From assembly GCA_002069815.1 (NCBI GenBank), contig MWCB01000002.1:4716-68715 (forward strand): a DNA stretch of 64,000 nt, in the 5' to 3' direction. The position numbers and the translations under genes were made by a program. The stretch comes from Tenericutes bacterium ADurb.Bin239 (GTDB lineage: Bacteria; Bacillota_I; Bacilli_A; RFN20; CAG-826). Below are positions 28,435-38,363 of this stretch, one piece after another. How positions within the stretch are numbered: the first letter of the stretch is position 1; every line of letters starts with the position of its first letter. The notes beneath the pieces are model-generated. The model saw nothing but the letters and a program-made list of their open reading frames with translations, did not search any database and was not told the origin of the DNA.

Positions 28435-29949
28435 GTGAAGTTCTTACGATATTTAAAAGAAGTATTTATCTCAAGTTTACCCCTGCTTGCCGTTATTGTT
28501 TTAGTGGGCGGAATTATCTTTCCTGTTCAAACGAAAACTGAAATACTCCAACTAACGGTTGGTTATGTTGGGGTTGTTATTGGGCAAGCCATCTTTTTAT
28601 TTGGTTTAGATTACAGTGTTTTACCAATTGGGAACTTAATTGGAAGTTCAATTGTCAAATTAAATAAATTAGCGTTTGTGTTAATGTTTGCGTTCTTATT
28701 TAGTTTACTTGCAAGTGTTGCAGAACCAGGCATTACTGTACTAGCCGCGCAAGTAGGGGGCATTCATCCACGTATTAATAGTACACTTTTCATTTGGGTT
28801 ACAAGTTTTGGGATGGGGATTCTTACGGCTTTAGCGGTATATCGCTTAATTAAAGGGATTAGCATGAAAAAAATATTCTTCTTCTTTTACTTAGCGGTTA
28901 TCATCATCATTTTCTTTGTTCCTGCGCAATTCCAAGCGCTTGGTTTTGACGCAAGTGGGGCGGCTACTGGGGCAATCAGTGTTCCTTTTATTCTTGCTTT
29001 AGGTGTTGGAGTTTCGCACACCGTTAGTCGCAATAAATCAACGGAAGATAGTTTTGGAATTGTTGGTATTGCAGCGATTGGACCGATTATTACAGTTTAT
29101 GTCTATGGATTGATTGTTGGTAATAGTGATGTGTTAAACGTATACACTCCTGGTGAAAATAGTAATTTATTAGCTGTTATGTTAAATAACTTATTACCAG
29201 TGGCCCTTGCGGTATTCCCGCTTGTTGTTATCTTTCTAATTTTCCAAGCTTTCTTTATTAAATTACCGAGAAATAAACTTGGTCAAATTATTGTGGCATC
29301 GGTTGTCGTCTTTATTGGTTTATTTATTTTTATTGCGGCGACTGACTATGGCTTAGCGTTTGCGGGTAAGTATATTGGCGAACAATTTATGCTTAGTGAA
29401 AAATTATGGTGGATCTTATTGCCCCTAGCGTTTGTGCTGGGGTTTGCCATTACTTTAAGTGAACCAAGCGTTGTCGTCTTCTGTGAACAAGTTGATGAAT
29501 TAACGAGTGGTAGTATTTCTAAAAACACCATCAAAATGGCTCTTGGTATAAGTGTAGGATTAGCTACCTTCTTCGCCGTTATTAAAACGGTGTTTGATAT
29601 TAATATCTTGTGGTTTATTGTTCCTTTTTACGTAATTACCATTGGTTTAATTTATTTTACGCCCACTTTATTTGTCGGTTTGGCTTTTGACGGCGGGACC
29701 GTTAGCGCAGGCGCTATCACTAGTGCTTTTTTAACTCCAGTGACGCTTGGCGCTAGTCAAGCTTTAGGGCATACCAACATCTTAACTTCAGGATTAGGTA
29801 TTTTAGCCTTTATCAGTGTGATGCCGCGGATTGTGGTTCAAGTGCTTGGTATAATTTATGATTACCGCTTAAAGAAAGCGACACCACCAGTGTATGAAGA
29901 TATTAGTTACGACGCTACTAAACAAGAGGAGGCTAAAGATGACGCATAA
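28435..29949 (+). CDS. DUF1538-family membrane protein (internally duplicated, ~12 TM)
   Basis: A 504-aa polytopic protein whose two halves share the pattern GL(D/T)Y...P.G..IG. The assignment to DUF1538 is from memory of the family. Confidence 0.5.
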   Translation: MKFLRYLKEVFISSLPLLAVIVLVGGIIFPVQTKTEILQLTVGYVGVVIGQAIFLFGLDYSVLPIGNLIGSSIVKLNKLAFVLMFAFLFSLLASVAEPGITVLAAQVGGIHPRINSTLFIWVTSFGMGILTALAVYRLIKGISMKKIFFFFYLAVIIIIFFVPAQFQALGFDASGAATGAISVPFILALGVGVSHTVSRNKSTEDSFGIVGIAAIGPIITVYVYGLIVGNSDVLNVYTPGENSNLLAVMLNNLLPVALAVFPLVVIFLIFQAFFIKLPRNKLGQIIVASVVVFIGLFIFIAATDYGLAFAGKYIGEQFMLSEKLWWILLPLAFVLGFAITLSEPSVVVFCEQVDELTSGSISKNTIKMALGISVGLATFFAVIKTVFDINILWFIVPFYVITIGLIYFTPTLFVGLAFDGGTVSAGAITSAFLTPVTLGASQALGHTNILTSGLGILAFISVMPRIVVQVLGIIYDYRLKKATPPVYEDISYDATKQEEAKDDA

Positions 29950-30247
29950 AGAAGAATGGGTAGTGATGGTTATTATTGCCCGTCGGAAACATAAATCCGA
30001 ATTAGTAAAGATGCTCTACGACCATGAAGCAGCGATGGTGCATCAAACCTACGCAAAAGGGACAGCCAAAGCTAGTTTTTTAAAGTCATTAGGCTTCACT
30101 TTAGAGCAAAATAAACTCTTTTTACTTGGGTTTGTTAAAACCAATCAAGTTCCAGCAATCTTTAGTGTATTAGAACACAAATATCAATTTAAACAACCAA
30201 ACTCTGGGTTTGCCTTCACATTCCCACTGGAAAAGATTAGTTACTAG
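29939..30247 (+). CDS. PII-like (GlnB-fold) regulatory protein, paralogue 1
   Basis: About 102 aa (MTHKEEWVVMVIIARRKHKSELVKML...) with a PII-like alternating pattern. I chose the ATG at 29939, which has a GAGGAGG RBS and overlaps the DUF1538 stop, over the track start. Confidence 0.5.
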   Translation: MTHKEEWVVMVIIARRKHKSELVKMLYDHEAAMVHQTYAKGTAKASFLKSLGFTLEQNKLFLLGFVKTNQVPAIFSVLEHKYQFKQPNSGFAFTFPLEKISY

Positions 30248-30259
30248 GAGGACACTTTT

Positions 30260-30565
30260 ATGGCTGAAAATATGAAAGCATTATTTGTTATAGTAAACGC
30301 TGGCTTTAGCGAACAAATCGTTGAAGTTGCCCAGAAGCATGGCGCGCGTGGTGCTACTGTTATCCCTGCTCGTGGGACTGGTAAAAAGTTTGTCAAAGTT
30401 CTTGGTATTCAATACGAACCAGAACGCGAAATCTTATTAAGCGTAGTCGAAGATGAAATTGCTCATAAGATTGCCGCGGATGTCAAAGAAAACTATGGCA
30501 AAGCAACCCCGACAAACGGGTTATGTTTTATTTTGCCAGTTTCCGATTATTTATTTAAAGATTAG
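30260..30565 (+). CDS. PII-like (GlnB-fold) regulatory protein, paralogue 2
   Basis: ALFVIVNAGFSEQIVEVAQKHGARGATVIPARGTGKK...ILLSVVEDEIAHKIAADV aligns by eye to the GlnB beta-alpha-beta core and T-loop region. An AGGAGG RBS precedes it. Confidence 0.55.
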   Translation: MAENMKALFVIVNAGFSEQIVEVAQKHGARGATVIPARGTGKKFVKVLGIQYEPEREILLSVVEDEIAHKIAADVKENYGKATPTNGLCFILPVSDYLFKD

Positions 30566-30619
30566 TAAAAGCAAGTTTGCTAACTATTAAGTCAAAACTT
30601 ATTCTATAATGGTAATACT

Positions 30620-33600
30620 ATGGGAAACTTTATTCGTAAATACATTGATACTGCACTCCTAGTTTTAAATGTCTTGGTCTTTGTTTTATTTACGCTCGTT
30701 TATCCTTTTGTTACTTTTGAACACACCTTTCTTAACGCCTTCTACTTTATCCTACTTAGTGCCCCCCTTATTACTTTCTTAGTACTGAGATTTTTAAAGT
30801 TTGACCCGAAGAGTGAAGCAAGTGTCTTTTATTATAGACGGGGTTTTAATTTACTTGCTTTTGTAAATAACTACTTGTTTATTATGACTGCAAAAAGTGT
30901 TTTTGCTTTAACTAAAGGAACACGCGGCCCTCTTTTTATTATTTATGTAATTTTCTTTTGCTTAATGTGGGCCATTAACGTTTTCCAAATTATTTTAGAA
31001 CTTGGCTATTTAGATAAATGGTTACCAGTTCGTGAATACGCAGTTGATGAAGCACAAGAAGAAACCAAAGCCCTTGCCCGCGAAGCTCAATTTAAACGGT
31101 TTGAAGAAAAAGCAGCGACCCGCTATTTCTTTATCGGGGTAGTGGCGTTTCTTGCCATTATTTTCTTTATTTACCCGCTTGCTACTGAATATTTTACTAT
31201 TCCTTTGGGCGGTGACTTCACCCAGCAACAAATACCTTTCTATACGAATGGCTATGATGACTGGTGGCATTTTATTAAGACTGGCGAATTTCCGCTGTGG
31301 GACAGCAATACCTTTTTAGGTGTTAATAACATTGGATCCAATAGTTTCTATTATTCAATGAACCCCTTCTTTTTACCCATCCTTATTTTCCCTCGGGAAT
31401 TAATACCACAAGGGATTAGTATTTTAATGATTGGGAAGTTTGTATTAGCGGCTGTCACAATGCGGTTATACTTAAAATACATGGGAATTGCCGAGAAAGA
31501 AGCAAGGTTCTTCGCCATTGTCTATGCCTTTAGCGGATGGAACGCTTATTATTTATGGTTTAACCACTTTATGGAAGTAGCGGTTATTTTCCCCTTTATT
31601 TTCCTTGGCATTGAAAAGTTGATTAAGGAAAAGAAAATGTTAACGTTGATTTTATCCTTAGGACTTATGGGGTTCGCTAACTTCTTCTTTTTAATGACGG
31701 TTGGGGTCTTAGGAGTTTTATACGCCGGCTTTCGATATTTCCAAAAATTACCAAAAGTTGAACCGAGCGTTATTGGTTTAGGAATTGTTGCTTTTGCGTT
31801 AGGAATGCTTTTAAGTAGTGTTGTTCTATTCCCAAGTTTAGTAATTGCGCTTGGAAGTGATCGGGCCACGGATGCGACTTATTTAGAAAAACTTTTGAAT
31901 TTATTTAAAAATGTAAGTTCATTAAGTCTCAAAGAACAAAGACGACAAATTTGGCATTTAATTACGAAATGGGAGCCTTATACTGCAGAAGGAACGCCGC
32001 CTAGTACACAATATTCCCATAAAAAGTTTTATCCGCTTATTTCTTATTATTTCCCTGTTTTAAGTAACAGAAGCGTTGCGCTACTTAATACTTCAAATTA
32101 TGACAATACAATTTCAAGTTTGTTCTCCTTTAGTCCAGTAATTATATTACTAATTCCGTCTTTATTTATTTCCGCTAAAAAGAAAAAAGTAAGTCATTTT
32201 ATCGCCCTTGCTTTCTTCTTGTTTGCTCTTTTTACTCCGTTTTTTTATCATGCTTTCCACGGATTTACGAAAGATTATGGGCGGTGGCAATTAATTGTTA
32301 CCTTTAGTCTTATTACTTATGTAGCAATGTCCTTACCAGCCATTAAAGATGAAAAACCATATCTTCTCGATATAAGTATTATCTTTAACTTAATTATGAT
32401 GGGGATTACCGCTAAAATAGCGTTCTCTTACGAGAATAAGAGTGGTTTTAGTTATATGTATCAACGCGAATACGTTATTTACTATCAAGCGCTAATGCTT
32501 TTTGTTGCTTATTTAGTACTTCGTTTAGGACGGAAGAGCCGCAATGAATATTATTTCCGTAATGCTTTTGTCTTCATTGAAATAGCGGTTATGGGCACGA
32601 TTACGATGATTGGACACGGCTTTATTAGTTATGAGAATAGCGTGTCAGGCGGATATAAAAATTATCGAGATGACTTAACGACAATTCGTGAAATACAAGC
32701 TTTAGATGGTACGTATTATCGCATTTTTAACTCACGAGCGTATCGCGGCAATGATAACTTACCAATGCGTGAAAATTATAATGGTTTGTCCACTTTCCAT
32801 AGTTTATATAACTTTGAATTAATGCCGTTTAATAATTGGTCAAAAATTAACTACAACAGTAAGGGTTGGAGTTTAGGCGTTTTTGAAAAGCGAAGCATGC
32901 TTAATGACTTCTTACAAATTAAATACTATATGCTTAATGACACAAATCATGTCTTACATTGGAATAATGCCGAACCAAGTGTTGCCCCTTATAAAAACAT
33001 CCCTAACACTTATGAATTTATGCCTGAATTAAGTAGTGATAATCGTTTTGTTTATAAAATGAAAGAAAGTTTTACCCTTGGTTTTGGGGTGGACGCGGTT
33101 ATAAGTTATGAAAGTAGATTAAGTGATGGAACATATTTAGATTTAATCGCTAAAGATCGTGTGTTTTCGCCAATTCAGAATGAAGAGTTATATTTAACAA
33201 GCGCACTCTTAAACTACGAGGACTATAATGAAGTAATACGTACTTATGGCGGTTTAACAAGCGAAGAAATTAATACCTTTCCTCATCAACATTACACACA
33301 TTTAAGTGTGAATAATGGCAAATTGAAAGCGAAGGTGTATGAATTTAATGGTCCGCGTTATCCTTATGAAGCGCAAACGAGAACCTTAGGTGAAATAATT
33401 TTGCCAACACCAACCTGGGTAGCGGAAAACGGCACTGAACTCGTACCAGCCTTAATGCCAGCCGAATTAAATGGCAGTAAACACGTTATCGAATATACGA
33501 AAAGGGACGGCACTAATTTTGTGGATGATGTTAATTTATTAGGTGAACAAATTGGTGGCGAACTTATTTTGCATTTACCGCTTTCCTACTACAACAGCAG

Positions 33601-34192
33601 TACCCTTTACTATAATTTCCGTTATCGTGTGTTCTTATATGATGAAAATTATGAATTAATTACTTTTGATGATCACCATACGTTACCAAGTTCATGGACC
33701 GACTGGAAAGCATTACGTAGTTTCCATTCGCCTAAAGCTGTTTCTAAAATTACGCTCGTGCCAATTGGCAGTCGAGTTACTCCGCCGCGGACTCATGAAT
33801 TATTCATGTATTCACAAGCGACACTTGATACTATTCGCCAAACGTCAATTGATAATTCTTTAACTGATGTTAAAGTTACAACGAATAAAGCAACCTTTAA
33901 AACAAACTTTCCCACTCGTAAGTTTGTCATCACAACGATTCCTTACGACAAGGGATGGAGTGTTGTAAATGAAAACAAAATAAAAATACCCGTCTATCGG
34001 GTCCAAGGCGGGTTTGTTGGTTTTGTAAGTAATAGTGGCGAAATGAGTTACACAATGTCCTTCCGACCACAATATTTCAATATGGGCTTAATGCTTACAT
34101 TTAGTGCTGGATTAGTAACGTTATTACTTGAGTTAAACGTCTACTTCTTTAAAAAATATAAAAAGACCAAAAAAGAAAACGCTACCGTTTAA
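30620..34192 (+). CDS. YfhO-family membrane protein (glycosyl/teichoic-acid-glycosylation associated), unusually long (1190 aa)
   Basis: GGDFTQQQIPFYTNGYDDWWHFIKTGEFPLWDSNTFLGVNNIGSNSFYYSMNPFFLPILIF is the characteristic YfhO N-terminal region. A large C-terminal extracytoplasmic domain follows the TM block. Confidence 0.7.
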   Translation: MGNFIRKYIDTALLVLNVLVFVLFTLVYPFVTFEHTFLNAFYFILLSAPLITFLVLRFLKFDPKSEASVFYYRRGFNLLAFVNNYLFIMTAKSVFALTKGTRGPLFIIYVIFFCLMWAINVFQIILELGYLDKWLPVREYAVDEAQEETKALAREAQFKRFEEKAATRYFFIGVVAFLAIIFFIYPLATEYFTIPLGGDFTQQQIPFYTNGYDDWWHFIKTGEFPLWDSNTFLGVNNIGSNSFYYSMNPFFLPILIFPRELIPQGISILMIGKFVLAAVTMRLYLKYMGIAEKEARFFAIVYAFSGWNAYYLWFNHFMEVAVIFPFIFLGIEKLIKEKKMLTLILSLGLMGFANFFFLMTVGVLGVLYAGFRYFQKLPKVEPSVIGLGIVAFALGMLLSSVVLFPSLVIALGSDRATDATYLEKLLNLFKNVSSLSLKEQRRQIWHLITKWEPYTAEGTPPSTQYSHKKFYPLISYYFPVLSNRSVALLNTSNYDNTISSLFSFSPVIILLIPSLFISAKKKKVSHFIALAFFLFALFTPFFYHAFHGFTKDYGRWQLIVTFSLITYVAMSLPAIKDEKPYLLDISIIFNLIMMGITAKIAFSYENKSGFSYMYQREYVIYYQALMLFVAYLVLRLGRKSRNEYYFRNAFVFIEIAVMGTITMIGHGFISYENSVSGGYKNYRDDLTTIREIQALDGTYYRIFNSRAYRGNDNLPMRENYNGLSTFHSLYNFELMPFNNWSKINYNSKGWSLGVFEKRSMLNDFLQIKYYMLNDTNHVLHWNNAEPSVAPYKNIPNTYEFMPELSSDNRFVYKMKESFTLGFGVDAVISYESRLSDGTYLDLIAKDRVFSPIQNEELYLTSALLNYEDYNEVIRTYGGLTSEEINTFPHQHYTHLSVNNGKLKAKVYEFNGPRYPYEAQTRTLGEIILPTPTWVAENGTELVPALMPAELNGSKHVIEYTKRDGTNFVDDVNLLGEQIGGELILHLPLSYYNSSTLYYNFRYRVFLYDENYELITFDDHHTLPSSWTDWKALRSFHSPKAVSKITLVPIGSRVTPPRTHELFMYSQATLDTIRQTSIDNSLTDVKVTTNKATFKTNFPTRKFVITTIPYDKGWSVVNENKIKIPVYRVQGGFVGFVSNSGEMSYTMSFRPQYFNMGLMLTFSAGLVTLLLELNVYFFKKYKKTKKENATV

Positions 34193-35024
34193 GATAAGCG
34201 TTGTATAAAACATTTTTGGAAACATTATAGAGCAAGGCAACAACACTAGTTGCCTTTTTAACACTCATATTTTCCTTAGTAATTAAGAGTTCAACCTTAT
34301 CAAGTAATTCTTCTAAATCACTATTTTTCTCACCAGTATTGCCTTCAATAACTAAAACAATTTCTCCTTTTAAATCAAGGAGCGGATTATCATTAAACTT
34401 AGCTAAAGTTGTATAGATATATTCCTCGTGTAGTTTACTTAATTCACGGGCAATTACAAGCTTTCTGTCGGCAAAAACGCTGTAAATCGTTGATATTGTC
34501 TTTATAACACGATGCGGAGCTTCATAGATTATTAGTGTGTCCTTATAATTTTTATAGCGTTCTAAAGTATTAATAACTTCTTTATTGTTGCCTTTTAAAA
34601 ATCCAATGAAAGTAAAGGTGCCAGCATTAAGCCCGCTGCCAATAAGTGCAGGCAAAAGGGCGCTTGGTCCGTTTACAACACTGACATTAAAATTATTCTC
34701 AATCAGTGTTTTTACAAGGGGGTGACCAGGGTCACTAATAAGGGGGTAGCCTGCATCACTAATAAAGGCGCCAGTCTCGCCCTCTTTTAATTTGTTAATG
34801 ATTAAATCTAATCTGTTTTGCTCGTTAAATTTGTGAACACTAACAAGTTGTTTTTTAATACCAAAATGATTTAAAAGAACACTACTTGTTCGCGTGTCTT
34901 CCGCACATATAAAATCAACACTTTGAAGCACTTTAATCGCTCGCGGCGAAAACTCTTCTAAATTACCAATGGGAGTGGCCACTAAATAAAAGGGAGTACC
35001 ACTAAACGATTTATTTCTTTTCAT
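34182..35024 (-). CDS. rsmI: 16S rRNA (cytidine1402-2'-O)-methyltransferase RsmI
   Basis: FYLVATPIGNLEEFSPRAIKVL is the tetrapyrrole-methylase-like RsmI N-terminus. Its 3' end overlaps the YfhO stop convergently. Confidence 0.85.
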   Translation of the reverse strand: MKRNKSFSGTPFYLVATPIGNLEEFSPRAIKVLQSVDFICAEDTRTSSVLLNHFGIKKQLVSVHKFNEQNRLDLIINKLKEGETGAFISDAGYPLISDPGHPLVKTLIENNFNVSVVNGPSALLPALIGSGLNAGTFTFIGFLKGNNKEVINTLERYKNYKDTLIIYEAPHRVIKTISTIYSVFADRKLVIARELSKLHEEYIYTTLAKFNDNPLLDLKGEIVLVIEGNTGEKNSDLEELLDKVELLITKENMSVKKATSVVALLYNVSKNVLYNAYLKR

Positions 35025-35844
35025 ATTTAACTTTATAATCCCTTTTTAATTCATCTAAGGGCAAAATCACAAAGCCGCCTTCATAATCAAGGCGCACGGT
35101 TCTATTTACGACATTAAAAGATGTTAGTTGATAAAGAGTGTCACTCCGCGTAAAAGTTGAACCAATATTTGGGAAGTCTTTTTTCGATTCTGTGTAATAA
35201 TCATCTTCATATTTTAAACAACAAAGTAATTTGCCACAGTGGCCACTTAACTTAGGAATATTGAGTGGTAGCATTTGGTTTTTAGCTCTGTTGATCGAAA
35301 TGCCATCAAATTCTTGCAGGAAAGTGTGACAACAAAGCGGGAACCCACATTGACCTAATCCCCCCACAAGTTTGGCGCGATCCCTACTTCCAATTTGGCG
35401 AAGTTCAACCCGTGTTTTTAAGTGTGAACCAAGGATTTTAACGAGTTCGCGAAAGTCAACTCGTTCTTCAGCGGCATAAGTAATATGAATTTTGGTGCGA
35501 TCAAAAGTATATTCAGACGTTAGTAGCGTCATTTTAAGATCAAGGCGTTCCACTTGTGTTTGACAAAAAGCCATGGCTAGCGCGGCATCTTTTATATTAT
35601 CTTCATGTTGGCGAAGTTCGTGCTCATTAGCGCGTCTAATAATATCTTTTAATTCCAAAGAACTACTATATTTGTCAATGCTTTGCGGCGGGGCCACTAC
35701 TTTAGCAACCGCTACGCCTTGACTGCTTTCGACTAATACATGATCACCCACTTCTAAAGTATTATCTTCAGTTCCAAAACAGTAAGATTTACCACCTTCG
35801 TTGTAAGTAATGCTTATAAAGTAACGTTCATTATTTTCAGTCAT
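35011..35844 (-). CDS. ricT: PSP1-domain protein YaaT/RicT
   Basis: The Cys cluster CGFPLCCH...CGKLLCCLKYE matches the PSP1 C-terminal domain. It sits in the conserved position after holB. Confidence 0.8.
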   Translation of the reverse strand: MTENNERYFISITYNEGGKSYCFGTEDNTLEVGDHVLVESSQGVAVAKVVAPPQSIDKYSSSLELKDIIRRANEHELRQHEDNIKDAALAMAFCQTQVERLDLKMTLLTSEYTFDRTKIHITYAAEERVDFRELVKILGSHLKTRVELRQIGSRDRAKLVGGLGQCGFPLCCHTFLQEFDGISINRAKNQMLPLNIPKLSGHCGKLLCCLKYEDDYYTESKKDFPNIGSTFTRSDTLYQLTSFNVVNRTVRLDYEGGFVILPLDELKRDYKVKYEKK

Positions 35845-36823
35845 TAGATGTTTCCTTTATCATTGAGATTAATAATTCATCGACGAGTAAGCCAGTATTG
35901 ACATAATCATCAACTTTCTTACTTATTTCATAAGTAGTAACAATAAGCGGCAGTGGATTAATAATAGTCTTTGCAAGCTTTACCACAAGGGTATCATAAC
36001 TTTTAAAAAGCCGCTCATGACCTATACTATAGTTTACAACATCTTTAAAGAAAAGCGCAAAGTAGGTGAAAACGCGCTTAATTAAAAAGCGATCACGAAG
36101 CGGAGTTATTAATTCGTGAGCTTTTAAGTATCCTTTGCGTGGATCTTCGCTAAACGCTTCTAAAGTGGCGATTACCGCAGTTTTATACTCTGGATAACGC
36201 TCAGACTTTGCTTCTTCCTCAATTAAACTAGGAATATTGTAAAAAGGAACTAACATTTCAATGTCTTCTTGGGTGATATCAAGTGATTCACAAAGTTTTA
36301 ATAAAATATCGCGCTTTATAAGTTGTAATGAAATAATTTGGCTTCGGCTTTTGATAGTGGGAATAACGTTGTGCAAGTTATTCGTAGTTAAAAAGGCATA
36401 TACTTTACCCGCGGGCTCTTCTAAAAACTTTAAAAGGGCGTTAGTAGCCTCAATTGTCATATTTTCAACGTTATGTGTGACATAAATTAAAACACCTTTA
36501 TGCTCAACGCTTGTCATGTTAAAAGCTTTTTCAAGCGCTAGCACACTTTCTTTTTTAATGCTTGACTCAGCGCCATCAAAAAAGAAAAAGTCAGTGTAAT
36601 TACCTTCTTCGAAGCGATGACATGATAAACATTTGTCGCATGCAAAAGGATTAGGATTATCACAAACTAAACTTTTGGCTAAGTAAAAAGCAACTTCTTT
36701 TAAAGGAGTGCCCGGTTCACCATCAAGTAAATAAGCGTGACTTAAATTGTTGTTTTTTAAAGCATTTCCAAATGTTTGGAAAAGAATAGGTTGAAAATCT
36801 TGTAAGTAACTATAAATGGTCAT
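35837..36823 (-). CDS. holB: DNA polymerase III delta' subunit
   Basis: AAA+-like HAYLLDGEPGTPL and a C4 Zn motif CDKCLSCHRF. It lies in the position conserved for holB after tmk. Confidence 0.8.
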   Translation of the reverse strand: MTIYSYLQDFQPILFQTFGNALKNNNLSHAYLLDGEPGTPLKEVAFYLAKSLVCDNPNPFACDKCLSCHRFEEGNYTDFFFFDGAESSIKKESVLALEKAFNMTSVEHKGVLIYVTHNVENMTIEATNALLKFLEEPAGKVYAFLTTNNLHNVIPTIKSRSQIISLQLIKRDILLKLCESLDITQEDIEMLVPFYNIPSLIEEEAKSERYPEYKTAVIATLEAFSEDPRKGYLKAHELITPLRDRFLIKRVFTYFALFFKDVVNYSIGHERLFKSYDTLVVKLAKTIINPLPLIVTTYEISKKVDDYVNTGLLVDELLISMIKETSND

Positions 36824-37443
36824 TTCTGGGGGAGATATTCTAAAATAACTTTTAGTGTATCTTCATAAACTTTCTCAAAACTTTGACTCGCGTCAATTAT
36901 ACGATAACGATTTTTATATTTTTTACTTAACTCTAAGTAGGCATTTCGGACTTTAATATAGAAATTACGTTCTTCTAAATCTAACCGATTAACTTCCCGA
37001 TGTTTATTAGCTTTAATTCGTTCAAAACCAATCTTTGGCTCTAAATCAAACAAAAGCGTTAAATTTGGAAATGTATCTTCAACTGCAAATAGATTAATCC
37101 CTAAGACAGTATCAACACCTAAACCACGTGCGGCACCTTGATAGGCGAGCGAAGAGTCTAAATAACGATCACAAATAACAACTTTTCCAGCTTTTAAAGC
37201 GGGCCGAATTTTTTCCACAACGTGCTGACGACGACCTGCTGCAATTAAAAGAGCTTCAGCGCGGGCATCTAGGGCTGTGTTTTTCTTATCTAAAGTAACA
37301 TCACGAATTTGTTCGGCGATGGGAGTGCCACCGGGTTCGCGAGTGTAAACAATGTCATAACCTTTTTCAATAAGTGTTTTTACAATTTGATTAGCGATAC
37401 TTGTTTTACCGCTTCCTTCTGGGCCTTCAAAAGTAATAAACAT
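36820..37443 (-). CDS. tmk: thymidylate kinase
   Basis: MFITFEGPEGSGKTS is the P-loop and DRYLDSSLAYQG is the DRY motif. Confidence 0.9.
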   Translation of the reverse strand: MFITFEGPEGSGKTSIANQIVKTLIEKGYDIVYTREPGGTPIAEQIRDVTLDKKNTALDARAEALLIAAGRRQHVVEKIRPALKAGKVVICDRYLDSSLAYQGAARGLGVDTVLGINLFAVEDTFPNLTLLFDLEPKIGFERIKANKHREVNRLDLEERNFYIKVRNAYLELSKKYKNRYRIIDASQSFEKVYEDTLKVILEYLPQK

Positions 37444-37452
37444 AATACCCTC

Positions 37453-38052
37453 CTATTTAAGATCTTTGCGTCCCTCTAATGCCTTAAATAATGTCATAGC
37501 ATCAGCGTAATCAACTTGTCCGCCCATTGGCAAGCCATAGGCTAAACGTGTAATTTTAATTGGTAATCCCGCTAGTTTTTTGCTAACAAACAAAGCAGTC
37601 AACTCGCCTTCCACTGTTGGGTTGGTGGCTAAAATAATTTCTTCGACTTTATCACGAACAATTCGCTTTTCTAGTTCCGAAATTGCTAGTAATTCAATCC
37701 CTTTGTTAGATGAAGGGCTAATCACCCCACCTAATATATGAAAGCGCCCATGATAATCTTCTAATTTGCTAAATCCAAGAACGTCTTTTGGATAGCTAAC
37801 AACAATTAAAACACTGTTGTTTCTTTTTGGATCTAGACAAAATGAACACAGTTCATTCTCCGTATAAAGCCCACAGTTTTTGCATAAATGAACTTTCTCA
37901 CGGAGTTCGCTAATAGATGTGCCAAACTCTTTTAAAGTTTTGTCATCAAAAGTTAATAGCGCTTGTGCCATACGTTCTGCGCTCTTTTGACCAACACTCG
38001 GCAGGCGTTTTAAGTGTTCAATTAATGCATTTAATGTGGGTAAATTATCCAT
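37453..38052 (-). CDS. recR: recombination protein RecR
   Basis: A C4 zinc finger CKNCGLYTENELCSFC and a Toprim region. Confidence 0.9.
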   Translation of the reverse strand: MDNLPTLNALIEHLKRLPSVGQKSAERMAQALLTFDDKTLKEFGTSISELREKVHLCKNCGLYTENELCSFCLDPKRNNSVLIVVSYPKDVLGFSKLEDYHGRFHILGGVISPSSNKGIELLAISELEKRIVRDKVEEIILATNPTVEGELTALFVSKKLAGLPIKITRLAYGLPMGGQVDYADAMTLFKALEGRKDLK

Positions 38053-38363
38053 TAAAATAATCCTGATGCACTTCCTGTAATTGCTTCGTTAATGGCGGCT
38101 TCCTCAGCATTAATTTGTTCTATACACTCATTTGTTGCCATGATAATAAGCATTTCCACCATCTCTTTATTATCTTTATCAAAAAGATCTTCATTAATCG
38201 TAACTTCGATAACTTCCTTGCTTCCTAACATTGCTACAGTTACACCACCACTTTTGGTGACGCTAAATTCTTTTGCGCGTAACTCCTCTTGTGCTTTTTG
38301 CATTTCACGCTTCATTTTTTGTGCTTGTTGCATTAATTTTTGCATACTACTCGACATAATCAA
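38052..38363 (-). CDS. ybaB: nucleoid-associated protein YbaB/EbfC
   Basis: About 103 aa with a conserved MQKLMQQAQKMKREMQKAQEEL N-terminus, lying between dnaX and recR. Confidence 0.85.
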   Translation of the reverse strand: MIMSSSMQKLMQQAQKMKREMQKAQEELRAKEFSVTKSGGVTVAMLGSKEVIEVTINEDLFDKDNKEMVEMLIIMATNECIEQINAEEAAINEAITGSASGLF

